From Azolla caroliniana (Eukaryota > Plantae > Polypodiophyta): DNA of 14,542 nucleotides. Numbering within the stretch: position 1 is the first letter of the stretch; every line of letters begins with the position of its first letter. The notes below the pieces were generated by a model. It saw only the letters and a list, made by a program, of their open reading frames with translations. It had not been told where the DNA came from and made no database searches. Location: contig JBHGNT010000862.1 in assembly GCA_043228905.1 (NCBI GenBank), positions 1-14,542 of the forward strand, given 5' to 3'. Of this stretch, positions 1 through 9,700 are shown one piece after another. Both the position numbers and the translations under genes were made by a program.

Positions 1-247
1 TACAGCAAGTGGGCTCTCAGATAATACAATCATTAAGCCTTAAAGTGTAGATAGCTATGTATGTCTCTAACAAACAAAATCTTGTCGCGATTCTTCATGT
101 AAGATGTATCTAATAATTTTCTTAACATAAAGGAATGAATGCTTGAAGTGTGCATAAGACAATTTTCGGATTATAAAATAAACATTCTGCAGGCCTTGAC
201 TTTTATCACTTGCTAACTCTGTTTCTTATGACCAAACTTTTCTGTAG

Positions 248-379
248 GTACTTGTATGAGCTGCTATCTAAGTCATGGATCGTGAAAAGGAAAATTCCTG
301 TACTGATCATTTGCAATAAGATGGATAAAGTGACTGCACATGCTCCCGACTTCATTCGCAAGCAGCTCGAGAAGGAGAT
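248..379 (+). CDS. SRPRB: Signal recognition particle receptor subunit beta, penultimate exon (gene starts upstream of the window)
   Basis: AG acceptor at 246-247 and GT donor at 380-381. Translates YLYELLSKSWIVKRKIPVLIICNKMDKVTAHAPDFIRKQLEKE(I), with the GTPase G4 motif NKxD and the plant SR-beta 'IPVL..CNK.DK.TAH...FIRKQ.EKEI' pattern. Confidence 0.9.
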
Positions 380-494
380 GTAAATTCATCTTGTCATATA
401 TACTTAAGCTAAACATGTTCAATCATAGGAAAATTAGTGCACATGCTCCAGACTTCATTCGCAGGCATCTCGAGAAGGAGATGTGAATTCATCT
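335..494 (+). repeat. 57-bp direct duplication of the exon 3' end plus donor site inside the intron (335-391 / 438-494)
   Basis: tgcacatgctcccgacttcattcgcaagcagctcgagaaggagatgtaaattcatct vs tgcacatgctccagacttcattcgcaggcatctcgagaaggagatgtgaattcatct, 4 mismatches. Confidence 0.95.
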
Positions 495-548
495 CATTAT
501 TTGTGCGTAAATTCATTTCTATAACTCATTATTTTCCATTGTTTGCAG

Positions 549-738
549 TGAAAAGTTGCGCTTTACTCGGAATGCGGTATCAGATGCTGATGTGGCAAGT
601 GAAGTCAAATTAGGTAAAGACGGAGAACCTTTCAAATTCACTCAATGTGTAAACAAAGTCACAGTTGAAGAGGCAGCCGTCATAACCAACCAAATTACAG
701 TTATTGAAGATTTTATAAGAAACCAGACTGGACGCTGA
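549..738 (+). CDS. SRPRB: Signal recognition particle receptor subunit beta, terminal exon
   Basis: tttgcAG acceptor at 547-548. The phase-2 join AT+T gives Ile, then EKLRFTRNAVSDADVASEVKLGKDGEPFKFTQCVNKVTVEEAAVITNQITVIEDFIRNQTGR*, matching the plant SR-beta C-terminus. Stop TGA at 736-738. Confidence 0.9.
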
Positions 739-1439
739 AAGATAGTTCTTAATGCCGAGGATCAAGATCTTGCAAAGATGTTGATCCTTTTTGGTCTAAT
801 TGTTAGGGTTGTTTGTAGATGTTAAATTTTGGTATGGTTTTTGAGGCTTGTATTCTAGAACACTTGAACTTGAAGAGCAGATATATTCAGACATTTCTTA
901 CCATAAATTTCAGTGTCTAAATTTGGATTCAAGAACATTTTCGCATCAGACGAAGTTAAATCCGAGTCATAGCACAGAGTCTGAAATATCTTTGAATCCG
1001 AGACCAACTGAAAGCATTTTAGATTGCTTGCATTGTTTAGGGTTTAGAATGATGAATTTGGGAAACCATTTTCAAGGTGTCACAATTTTTGCTTATTATT
1101 GTGATGCTAATGTAAAGGTATTATGTTTGGTTCAATCTTTTTGGGCTAGGAGATGCCCAAAATCACTTGGAGAAGAATGAGACACCATACCGTCCCCCAA
1201 AACAGGGAAAGAGCCATCATCAAGAAACATAGGAGGCTTGAGTCAAGTCTCCTAAAGCACAATTGTATGATTGAGGTGAGGTGTCTTGTATGGCCTTGGG
1301 ATTTTTCAACATGATCAATCGATTTTGCCTTCTTGATTTTTTACTTTTTTTTGTGGTGGGTTTATTTACATTTCTAAATCAAGCAAACTAGGTATAAGAT
1401 CTCACACTTTTTTGGACTTTTTTAGAGATGTCAATCATA

Positions 1440-2445
1440 AAAAATGATCAAACATAAATATTACATATGGCTTAAACATAAATATTACATATGGCTCAAA
1501 ATATAAACACCCAATGATTTGCCCACTTTTATAGTTGTAGGTTATATTTATTATCAAGATTTTAACTTTTATGCTTGTTTGGATAAAGATTAACCTTTTG
1601 TTAATCTAGAAGATGATATTGCTTATTTGAAATCCAAAGGGGAAGTTATTGTCTTTGGTGACATGAATGCTCGTACAAGAAGTTTTCAACTTGATGCACA
1701 ACAATATTTCATGGCACATATCTCAAGGATTTAAGAGGATATACATGTATAGTTGCTCTTCTAGCGATAAAAAGATCCTACAAATGTGCAGTAGTACGGG
1801 ATTGCTTATTGTGAATGGTGTCTCCTAATGGACTAACCCTAATTATTTAACATGTAGAAAACACAATAGAAATAGTGTGATTGATTATATGCTATTTTTC
1901 AAAGGTATTTTGGATTGTATATATAAGTTCTCACTTGGTGTATGGACATCAGAATCTCATTATAGGGCGTTATGTATTGACCTCAAATGTATGCAGAGGT
2001 TTGATTGTTATATTGAAGATAATAAACAACCCCACTTCAGGATGAACCTTTAGTGAGTGCCCATGTATTCCAAGATGGTTGAGGATATGTTAAGATTGAC
2101 AAAAATACAACATGGTGCCATACTAGAATGCAAATGGGGAGCTTTTAAGAAATACATTGTCTCATGTAGAAACAAATGTTTTTCGACCAAGGACACATCT
2201 TGGAAATGCATCAAGAAATATAGTTCAAAGAAAAAATGGTTTGATAAAGAATGTCATGAAGCTCAAAAACGCCTTATGATTTTGGATGTAGTTACGGATA
2301 AAGAAAATTACCAAACGCATTTATATGAATACAAAGGGCTTATTTAAAGAAAGAGAAGAATATGAGAAGTTACTCAACAATTTCTCCAAATGCAAGCGAA
2401 ATCGCATGCATGTGCTAAATTTTGGGGAAATCTAAAGGGGAAACA
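1440..2445 (+). pseudogene. Degenerate non-LTR retrotransposon ORF2 fragment (APE endonuclease plus linker), same broad lineage as the intact LINE at 6591-11494
   Basis: Manual translation gives PFVNLEDDIAYLKSKGEVIVFGDMNARTRS (~1594-1683), LLIVNGVS*WTNPNYLTCRKHNRNSVIDYML (~1802-1895) and KKWFDKECHEAQKRL (ORF 2057-2347). These are collinear with PYEPLSDDIIRYSSQGEVFLVGDFNARTQS, MVIYNGLAKWPGSEELTCFPHGGGESTVDYLI and RWYDEDC of the intact ORF2. Multiple stops and frameshifts; boundaries approximate. Confidence 0.8.
1450..1497 (+). repeat. 24-bp tandem duplication (2 copies)
   Basis: aaacataaatattacatatggctt / aaacataaatattacatatggctc. Confidence 0.95.
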
Positions 2446-2899
2446 TGTATTTGCACCATTTCATTGTCATCAATGTTGACATTGATCGACGTAAGGGAGT
2501 CTCACAACTCCTTGATCTTCATGGTGTAGCTTCCAATCGACATATCCTTCTACTGAATGTTGTTAAACTCTTGACGGAGTTAAAGTTTCCGTATAGTCGT
2601 GTTGGCCGCAAAGATCTTTTTGAGGTTTTCCAATGCCTCCTTTAGTGTTTTGGCCTCTCAAATGTAGTCAAGCATGTGATCATGAATGCACGATGCAAGG
2701 CAATACAACACATGACTTGCTACTCACTCCCATGATGGGTATTTGGTGTGTGTTGGGTTGCGTTGCGTTGCTTGTGCTCCTTCAATATAATTCCAATAGC
2801 CTTGGCCGATAAAGTATTGGTGCATCTTGTATTCCAAGATGCAAAGTTTTTTTTGTCAGGTTTCTCAGTAGGAAGAGCGTTTCCCATCTGAGTATTCAT
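2445..2899 (-). pseudogene. gag: Ty1/copia gag (UBN2/Retrotran_gag_2-type) pseudogene, 3'-truncated
   Basis: Minus-strand translation MNTQMGNALPTEKPDKKNFASW/EYKMHQYFIGQGYWNYIEGA...SHVLYCLASCIHDHMLDYI*EAKTLKEALENLKKIFAANTTIRKL*LRQEFNNIQ*KDMSIGSYTMKIKEL*DSLTSINVNIDDNEMVQI. Typical copia Gag, with one frameshift and several stops. Confidence 0.88.
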
Positions 2900-3062
2900 G
2901 GCGATCGACTTGTTAGGGGTGATTTTTCTTCTTCTTCTTTGTGATACGAACTGTGTAGGGTCATTGCTACAACGATCGGTCTCTCTGTGATACAGGCCGG
3001 TTCTTCGTGAACGTCAGCGTAGGCCCAATACACACAGATGGGCTTGGATCAAGCTACCAAGA

Positions 3063-3074
3063 GCTTTGGTACCA
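3063..3074 (-). promoter_or_regulatory. Primer binding site (tRNA-iMet type)
   Basis: Minus strand TGGTACCAAAGC, a 10/12 match to the canonical TGGTATCAGAGC, lying directly after the LTR-terminal CA. Confidence 0.8.
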
Positions 3075-3114
3075 TGTAAAGAATCGAGTGTGATTCTATG
3101 TAGTGGAAGAGATA

Positions 3115-3150
3115 TGTGTGTGTGTGTGTGTTAGAGAGAGAGAGAGAGAG
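3115..3150. repeat. Compound (TG)n-(AG)n microsatellite within the copia A LTR
   Basis: tgtgtgtgtgtgtgtg tt agagagagagagagagag. Confidence 0.9.
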
Positions 3151-3165
3151 AACACAAGGTATACA

Positions 3166-4840
3166 AATTATTGGATCTTGGATGGTGTGGCCAAATATTG
3201 GATCACGACAATGTGTGTCGGCACTTAGGTTACCTATTGGTGTTGATATCTCAATGTCTCAAAGTTTGAATTGGATATCGGGGACCATTTTAAACAAATT
3301 TATGTATTGGAAGTCTCAAGCATGGCCATTTAGTACTCGTCTCAAAGTGGTACAAGCTATAATGATTCCAATGATTTCTTATTTTTTGCCATTATTAACT
3401 TGGACAAAGAAATCACTTGATCAATTAGCTCGTTCACTTAAATATACATTGTGGAAGAAAGAATCAAGATTGGGTATGAGTTGGGTATCATGGAACAATA
3501 TTTGTACTCTAAAACGGTTAGGGGGAGTTGCATTACTAAATTTGGAGGATCATATGGTGGCTCGAAGATTCAATTTGTTGAAAGGTATGTGCATAGGTAC
3601 CCAACCTTGGGCAGAAATAATTCGTTATTTTGTGGAAAAGGTTGGTATATACCATGGGAAAACCAGAATTAGAACATTGTGGTGGCATGTTGTTAATAGT
3701 ACTCGTGCATTTAAATGTTCAAAATCTATTATGGTCCAGCAATTAGTGCTTTCTTGGCAACGATGCTTGGAATGATTTCCTTGGAGCCCCCCTAAGTGTA
3801 GAAAAGATACTAATTCCTTGGCAACAGAGGTATTGGCATCTTCAAGGCTACTACATTGGGATGGAAAAGAAAGCCTAAATACACAGTTTAATCGAATGGC
3901 CAAGCTGGGATTGGTAACGGTGGAAGATGGTATATTGCAGTCATGTAGGAAAATGATGGCCTTTAGGACAGTTAGAAATAAGTTTCATATACCACGGGGA
4001 TATGGGTACATTTGGGAATCAATATTGGCATTGCCTAGATTAGTTTTCCCGATTCCAATGTTGCTGGTTGCGGGTCCATGGAAAGTTTTTTTTGTTTGGT
4101 ATTGGACAATCAATTTTTGTGGTGAACACTAATGATGTATACCATAAGTTGGTTGAAGATAGAGCTTGGTTAGCAACCAAGGTTGCAAACACATGGTATA
4201 TTACTCGACATGCAAAGTGGTGGACTAGAGTTTTGGATGCAGGATGGCAGTCTCATCTTCCGTTTCGTGCTAAGGTGTTTCTTTGGCGTGTGATTGTTGG
4301 TGGGTTGCCATTGGCGATGGCTTTAAAACGGGGAAATATTTCAAATGGGACATGTCTTTTTTGCACAATGGTTGAGGAAGATGCCAGACATAGGTTCATT
4401 ACATGTCCGGTTGCTAAAGCCATTTGGGTGGTTATATCACAATTTTCGGCATCGATAATAGGCAATATTTTGTCACCTTTTAACTAGGTTTTTATTGATG
4501 ACGATAAAGGCATGCTTGCACCATCATATAAGGTCTTGTTTTACTACCTTAGGCATTGGGGGATGTGGTTTAACTGAACCATGAGAAATGAGTTCTTGTT
4601 TGATGGACTTCATGGGGTAACACAACAACTTCGTAGGATGAAAGGGAAATTGATGTGGCAATTTTCGCAACTATGTTGTTTGGGGACATTGTCCTGAGAG
4701 GAGATAGAGGTATGTCATCTAGTTTTGCAACACTTGAGAGGGTTTCCCATGCATTATCACTACTCATGATGTAGTGAAGATAACAAGGGTTGTATTATCA
4801 TCTTGTTTTAATAACAAAACATTGATTTACCAAAAAAAAA
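3166..4840 (+). mobile_element. 5'-truncated, mutated plant L1-clade LINE (end of RT/thumb plus zf-RVT domain)
   Basis: Frameshifted RHLGYPIG near 3220-3241, KxxGG.L motif (TLKRLGGVALLNL) and zf-RVT motif LPFRAKVFLWRVIVGGLP...CLFC...EDARHRFITCPVAKAIW. A9 tail at 4832-4840. Flanked by a perfect 16-bp TSD, GAACACAAGGTATACA (3150-3165, 4841-4856). Internal stop at 3773-3775 and a frameshift near 4090. Confidence 0.92.
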
Positions 4841-4856
4841 GAACACAAGGTATACA
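4841..4856 (+). repeat. Target site duplication of the L1 (partner at 3150-3165)
   Basis: Identical GAACACAAGGTATACA on both sides of the L1. Confidence 0.95.
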
Positions 4857-5021
4857 GAAAACAAGAAATTTGTATTAACAAGCACTAACAACCAATAGTT
4901 ACAAAGAAGAGGAGAATGTGCTTATGTAGTCACCTTCTCTCTATATTCTCTCACTACAACCATCTCTTGGGAAAGAGGTGGAGACTTAACTACCTAGTGA
5001 CTATGTGTCATAGGTCTTAAT

Positions 5022-5584
5022 TGTTGAGAATCGACCGGCCACGACCGATTTCATGTATGCATTCGGGTGCACAGAAAAACAAGCAGGGTAATGCACAAAT
5101 AGAAACGAGGGGCAAAAAACGAAAAACAGAAAGAAAAAAGGCACATATATTTAACATGGAAACCCGAACAGGGAAAAACCACATGGAGTCCACAAACTCC
5201 AAAACAGATCACTATGATAAAGGAGAAGTACAAATAAGAAACTCGAGTTCTCCTTCGTCTGACAGACGGCTATAGAGTTACACTCTCTCTCTCACACACA
5301 CACACACTCGCTCACAATTACGGAGGCAACTACCTCGTTCTAACTATACAACAATAATGACCATCACATACTCATAAAGTTTGCCCTAGTTTTGTTTATA
5401 CCAATACAACTTTCTAGACTATTTACAAATATAGCCCACAAGGGGCACATTTAGACTATTTACAATTATAGTCTCCCGATTTCAGTTTCGGTTTTCGATC
5501 TCAGCCTCAGTCGAAATACTCATTGGACTCCACCGGAATCGGTTCGTTCTCTTCTTCCCATCCGAAGGGACATGTTTCCCAACA
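5022..5584 (-). mobile_element. 3' LTR (563 bp) of Ty1/copia element B
   Basis: TGTTG...CAACA termini, preceded on the minus strand by a polypurine tract and a pol C-terminus. Confidence 0.85.
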
Positions 5585-5601
5585 AACTCCCCCTTCACTC
5601 C
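5585..5601 (-). promoter_or_regulatory. Polypurine tract of copia B
   Basis: Minus strand GGAGTGAAGGGGGAGTT directly upstream of the LTR start TGTTGGG. Confidence 0.8.
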
Positions 5602-5660
5602 GGCATGGGGTACTTCATCAATCCGACCCTTTGCCGACACACATTCAACTTCTCGACCAG
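5595..5660 (-). pseudogene. Extreme C-terminus of copia pol (RNase H tail) fragment
   Basis: LVEKLNVCRQRVGLMKYPMPE* ending at the PPT, resembling the Tnt1-type 'EKF..C...VG' pol terminus. The rest of the element is missing. Confidence 0.6.
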
Positions 5661-5735
5661 TTGCTAAGATGGTATATGGTAATGTGATACCTTATCACCA
5701 CCGGTTGGTCCTTATAAAACAATATGACAAATGGG

Positions 5736-5986
5736 GTGAGCTCAATTGTATGAACATGTCAAGGCTACATGTTCCCTCCTAGTTCAATTCATATACAAAA
5801 TGCCTTGTTCACATCCTTGTACTATGACCCCTAAATCTCATGTCATGACCAAGTATATCAATACTTATCAAGTGAGCCCAACTCATGATGTGTATGAACA
5901 TGTCAAGACCACACCTTTCCACCTAGTTCAAATCTTATACATTCATCTCTCCTTCACATCCTTGTACAATGACCCCTAAATCCTCA
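5736..5986. repeat. Diverged ~136-bp tandem repeat (~1.8 copies)
   Basis: gtgagc...tgtatgaacatgtcaag...cctagttcaa...ttcacatccttgtac.atgacccctaaatc occurs starting at 5736 and at 5872. Confidence 0.85.
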
Positions 5987-6003
5987 GTTGTAACGATACT
6001 TTT

Positions 6004-6079
6004 TGTTGGGGAAACCGGTCCCTCCGGATGGGAAGAGCATGAGCCAGATCGGTTGGAGCCGATATGCTAAGAGTCGGTT
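6004..6079 (+). mobile_element. 5' part of an LTR related to the copia B LTR (opposite orientation)
   Basis: tgttggggaaaccggtccctccggatgggaaga aligns with the reverse complement of the copia B LTR start (tgttgggaaacatgtcccttcggatgggaaga, ending at 5584). Confidence 0.75.
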
Positions 6080-6590
6080 GCATGCATAGAATGAAAACAT
6101 ATGTGCATTCGCATTCGAGAATGATTCAATCAAACGTGTATGGTAAATTATCTCAAAGTTGGATTGGATTTATAAGTTACAAAATAATAATAAAGACTGG
6201 AATTTCAAAAAATGTCTATGGTCTATATTATATATTGATTGAATCAAATGTCAACACAATTGAAAGTTCAGAACTTAGGAATTACTTAACTACTAAACAT
6301 TAGAAAGTACAAACATAAAAATCAAATAATTCAAAGACATAATTGTATTGATGATGAGCTCATCTTGCAATTATCGATGTTCTCATCTCACAAGTCGCAA
6401 CTAGTGAAGTTATCAATTTCTTCATTTTAGAACTTTACAAAAAAATGAGTATGAACTATAGAGAATGAAACAAAATATGTCATTACAAATTATAATCAAA
6501 CGTTCAAAAACTCATAAAACGTATATTCGAGAATATGAAGCAAACATGACACTAACATAAAACTTTACTATAACATGACACTAAAGCGAG

Positions 6591-6614
6591 AAAGAAAGAA
6601 AGAAAGAAAGAAAG
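6591..6614 (-). repeat. (CTTT)6 3' tail of the LINE
   Basis: (aaag)6 on the plus strand, ~157 nt downstream of the ORF2 stop. No poly(A) present. Confidence 0.8.
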
Positions 6615-6624
6615 ATATATTAAC

Positions 6625-6655
6625 GTCTTCTAAGGCCAAATTTGGCCCATGAGAC
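6625..6655 (-). other. 3'-terminal stem-loop of the LINE RNA (candidate RT recognition signal)
   Basis: GTCT-CAT-GGGCCA-AATT-TGGCCT-TAGA-AGAC, containing the perfect palindrome GGCCAAATTTGGCC (6634-6647), 10 nt before the tail. Confidence 0.55.
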
Positions 6656-6771
6656 AAATAGGTTACAACAAAAGATGAGTGTTTATCCAATCATCAAAAC
6701 TAAAAATAAAAGAAAATAGCTTAAGCTAAGAAAGTTCTAGTAGTGTACAAAACTTTGCACCAAGCCTAATC

Positions 6772-9700
6772 TCATTTCCACCCAAGTCTCTCAAAAAGAA
6801 GTGGGAGGTCAAAAGTTTTTGGTGTGGGTGTGACCCATGGTCCCGATGCATAGAGTGCCCTAGCCATGGCTTCTAGGCGGTGTAGTTCACGTTCCCTTAT
6901 TTTCTTTATTGCTTCTACATCTCGTCGAGTTGCTTTGAAACCCGGCATCCGAGGGCGTTTGGTTCTTCTTTGATTTTCTGCTTCATCAAGGAGAAGTCCG
7001 AGTGGTACAGGTGTGTCGACATTCATTGTCTCCCCCTGTTCCTGAAAAACTTCATTTGTTATATGTTGGTAAACATTAGCAACATTATTATCAACGTTTT
7101 GTAATTTGTTCTCTCTGTGGTGTTTCAATTCTAAGATGTATCTACCTAATTTCTTTATATCTAGTGTATCTAATAGTTTAGGGAGGGTGGGAGAGGAACC
7201 AAGTATGTCTTGGTATTTTGCCCTTATCTCGGCATAGGTGGGGCATTTGCATGTAAAATGGTACTCATCCTCTATCTCTATGTGGCATAACCTACATATC
7301 CTTTCCTCCCTAGGGACTCCATTAGTACGTCCATTCTCAATCTCAAGTTGGTGAGATGATATTCTAAGTTGACCAATGGCAACCCTTAGTGCATGTGGTA
7401 AGAATACATCTAGATATTTTGGGCGCGTGATAAAACCTAACTCAGAGAAGTGCATAAAGTGTTCTTTATAGTACGACATTTTAGATGGGAGTGGCTCTAG
7501 TGGGGTGATCCATTTATACCGGGTATAAATTTGCCATATTTCTTGGCGTATTACTTTATTACGGTCCTCATGAGAGAGTAAAGTGTTATCATTCGTGTGG
7601 TCGTACTTAAGGGGGGGGAGGTTAGTAATGTCTAGACCGTTGGCAAGAAGCCAACTCACCATCATGCCATACCATGAGCTAGTATAGCCGGACTCATACA
7701 ATGCTCGAGAAGCCTTAAAGGCTTGGTGGGATATTCTATCAAGTGGTTGGTTATGTATCCTGTGTATAAAGACTACCAGTTGAAAAAGTGCTTCTACTAA
7801 CATAGGGGGTAGAGTGAACTCAGCCCTAATAATGTCATGTGGGACCGACGATTTGCTTCGGAGTTGGCGTGATAACATCATCACCAATGGTCTCTCTAAT
7901 TGCGTCCACATGAAAGATGGTAGTCCTGGGGCCCAAACCGCTGATGCATACATGAGAGAGGGAGTCACTAATGAGTCAAAGAGCCACCCTTTAGTTCGTG
8001 GCTCTTGGAAGTATGCTTGGTGGCATTGTCTCTCGAGGAGTGAGAGGGATGCATGTCCTCTTGTAAGTCTATCCTTCGCTGCTTGTGTCATCGAAAATTT
8101 ACCTGAGCGGGCACTGAAAGTGACTCCGAGATAGACATATGATCCAACCACCTCAACTGGGCTATGGGAGATAGTTAGGTGACACTTAGCCCTAACTTGG
8201 GCCGACGTGTGGAAGATAAGGACTTTAGTTTTCCCTAGATTCACTACCAATCCTCGTTGTGTGCAAAAGTCATCTAAGGCATTAAGGTGCCTCTGTAGGT
8301 CGTGTTCGGATTCAGAGAGCAAAACTATGTCATCTGCATAGAGCAAGATACGCACCTGCGTATCTCCAAGGACTACTCCATTGCCTCCCTTACGAGCAAT
8401 AAAATCTGTGATCTCATCAATGTAGATCCCAAAAAGAGTCGGAGATAAGGGGCAACCTTGTTTTACACCAATAGTGCTAGTGAAACTATCGGATATGCCG
8501 CCTGGGCATCGAACACACCCGGACACTTGTTCATATAGTGCGTAGATGGCCCAAACCATGTCATCTGGTATCCTCAAGCTCTTAAGCCTATCAAACAACC
8601 GCTCTCTAGGGACCGTGTCAAAGGCTTTGCGGAAGTCCACAAAACAACAATATAGTTTCTTCTTGCGAGCCTTAGTCTGGTCAATTAAGCATCTAAGTGT
8701 GAAGATATGGTCAATAGTGGAGAAGGCTCGTCTAAAGCCGGCCTGTTCAGGTGCACGAAGATTTAAGGTCTCCATATACTCGCTAAGCTCTGCCTCCATT
8801 ACTGCACCATATAATTTAGCAAGGGTATGACCTATCATAATGGTCCTATAAGTATTTGGGTCCATGGGGTCCCCCCCCTTATGTATGGGGGCCACTGTGT
8901 TCATGGTCCATTGTGATGGAAAACCCTCTGCAAGGGCACGATTGAAGATTAGAGTTAGTAAGGGAGCTAGGCACTCTCTCACGTATATGATGTGTTCTGC
9001 TCGCAACCCTGTGTGGTCCATGGACTTCCTATGTTGTAATTTCTTTATGACCTTCGTGACCCTAGAGGTCGTGAAGAGTGTCCCCACAGTAGGTCGGGGT
9101 GTGGAAGGCATTGGAAAGGGTGGTTGGTTTGGGATGTGGTAAAGTCTCTCTGTATAAGTGTGCCAAGTTTCGGGATCTTCGATGGGTGTTTGTGGTCTTG
9201 GTTCCCGTAATCTCTTCCATGCAGTGGCACAATCGTTACTCATGAGCATGTGGTAGAGTTCCCAATATTGGGATGCCTCCCATGCTCGTCTCTTACGACG
9301 TGTCATCTTGCGCATTTCTTTACGAGCTTGTACTGAGGTAATACTACCACTGAGTTGCGATATTGTAAGTTGTCGATGTAAGCACCTACAATCCTCATCA
9401 TACCATCTATTTTGTGGCATAGATCCTACTTTACCTTGATTGGAGTGTTTCGTGTATGGGAAGCTGCTAACCGCTGCAGAATGAAGGATGTGTGTGAGTT
9501 TCGTATTAAGGCTCTCTAAAGGTAGGGAGGGATCAAGGGAGGAGAGATGGGCTTGAACATGTCGAGCATATATGTCAGAGAGCTCATGTGTGAAATGTAT
9601 GGTGATGTCATGGCGTGGTTGACTAGAGTTGGTGACGTTAGAGATATCGCATTTTATCTCGAAGTATAAGAAACTATGGTCCGCGCCAATAGGACATGGG

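Larger units (their letters stand above)
2445..5721 (-). mobile_element. Truncated Ty1/copia LTR retrotransposon A (5' LTR ~3075-5721 interrupted by two insertions, PBS, gag)
   Basis: On the minus strand the LTR ends ...TTTACA at 3075, followed directly by the PBS and then gag. LTR sequence resumes after the L1 TSD at 4857. The likely LTR start is TGTTTTATAAGG at 5721; this boundary is an inference. Confidence 0.7.

Noticed and set aside
848-1180. 110-aa plus-strand ORF after SRPRB
   Set aside because: TTG start, lies in the expected 3' UTR, and has no recognisable motif.
7045-7075. PCNA-interacting (PIP) box in the ORF2 extension (YQHITNEVF)
   Set aside because: Spacing does not fit Qxx[ILM]xx[FY][FY].
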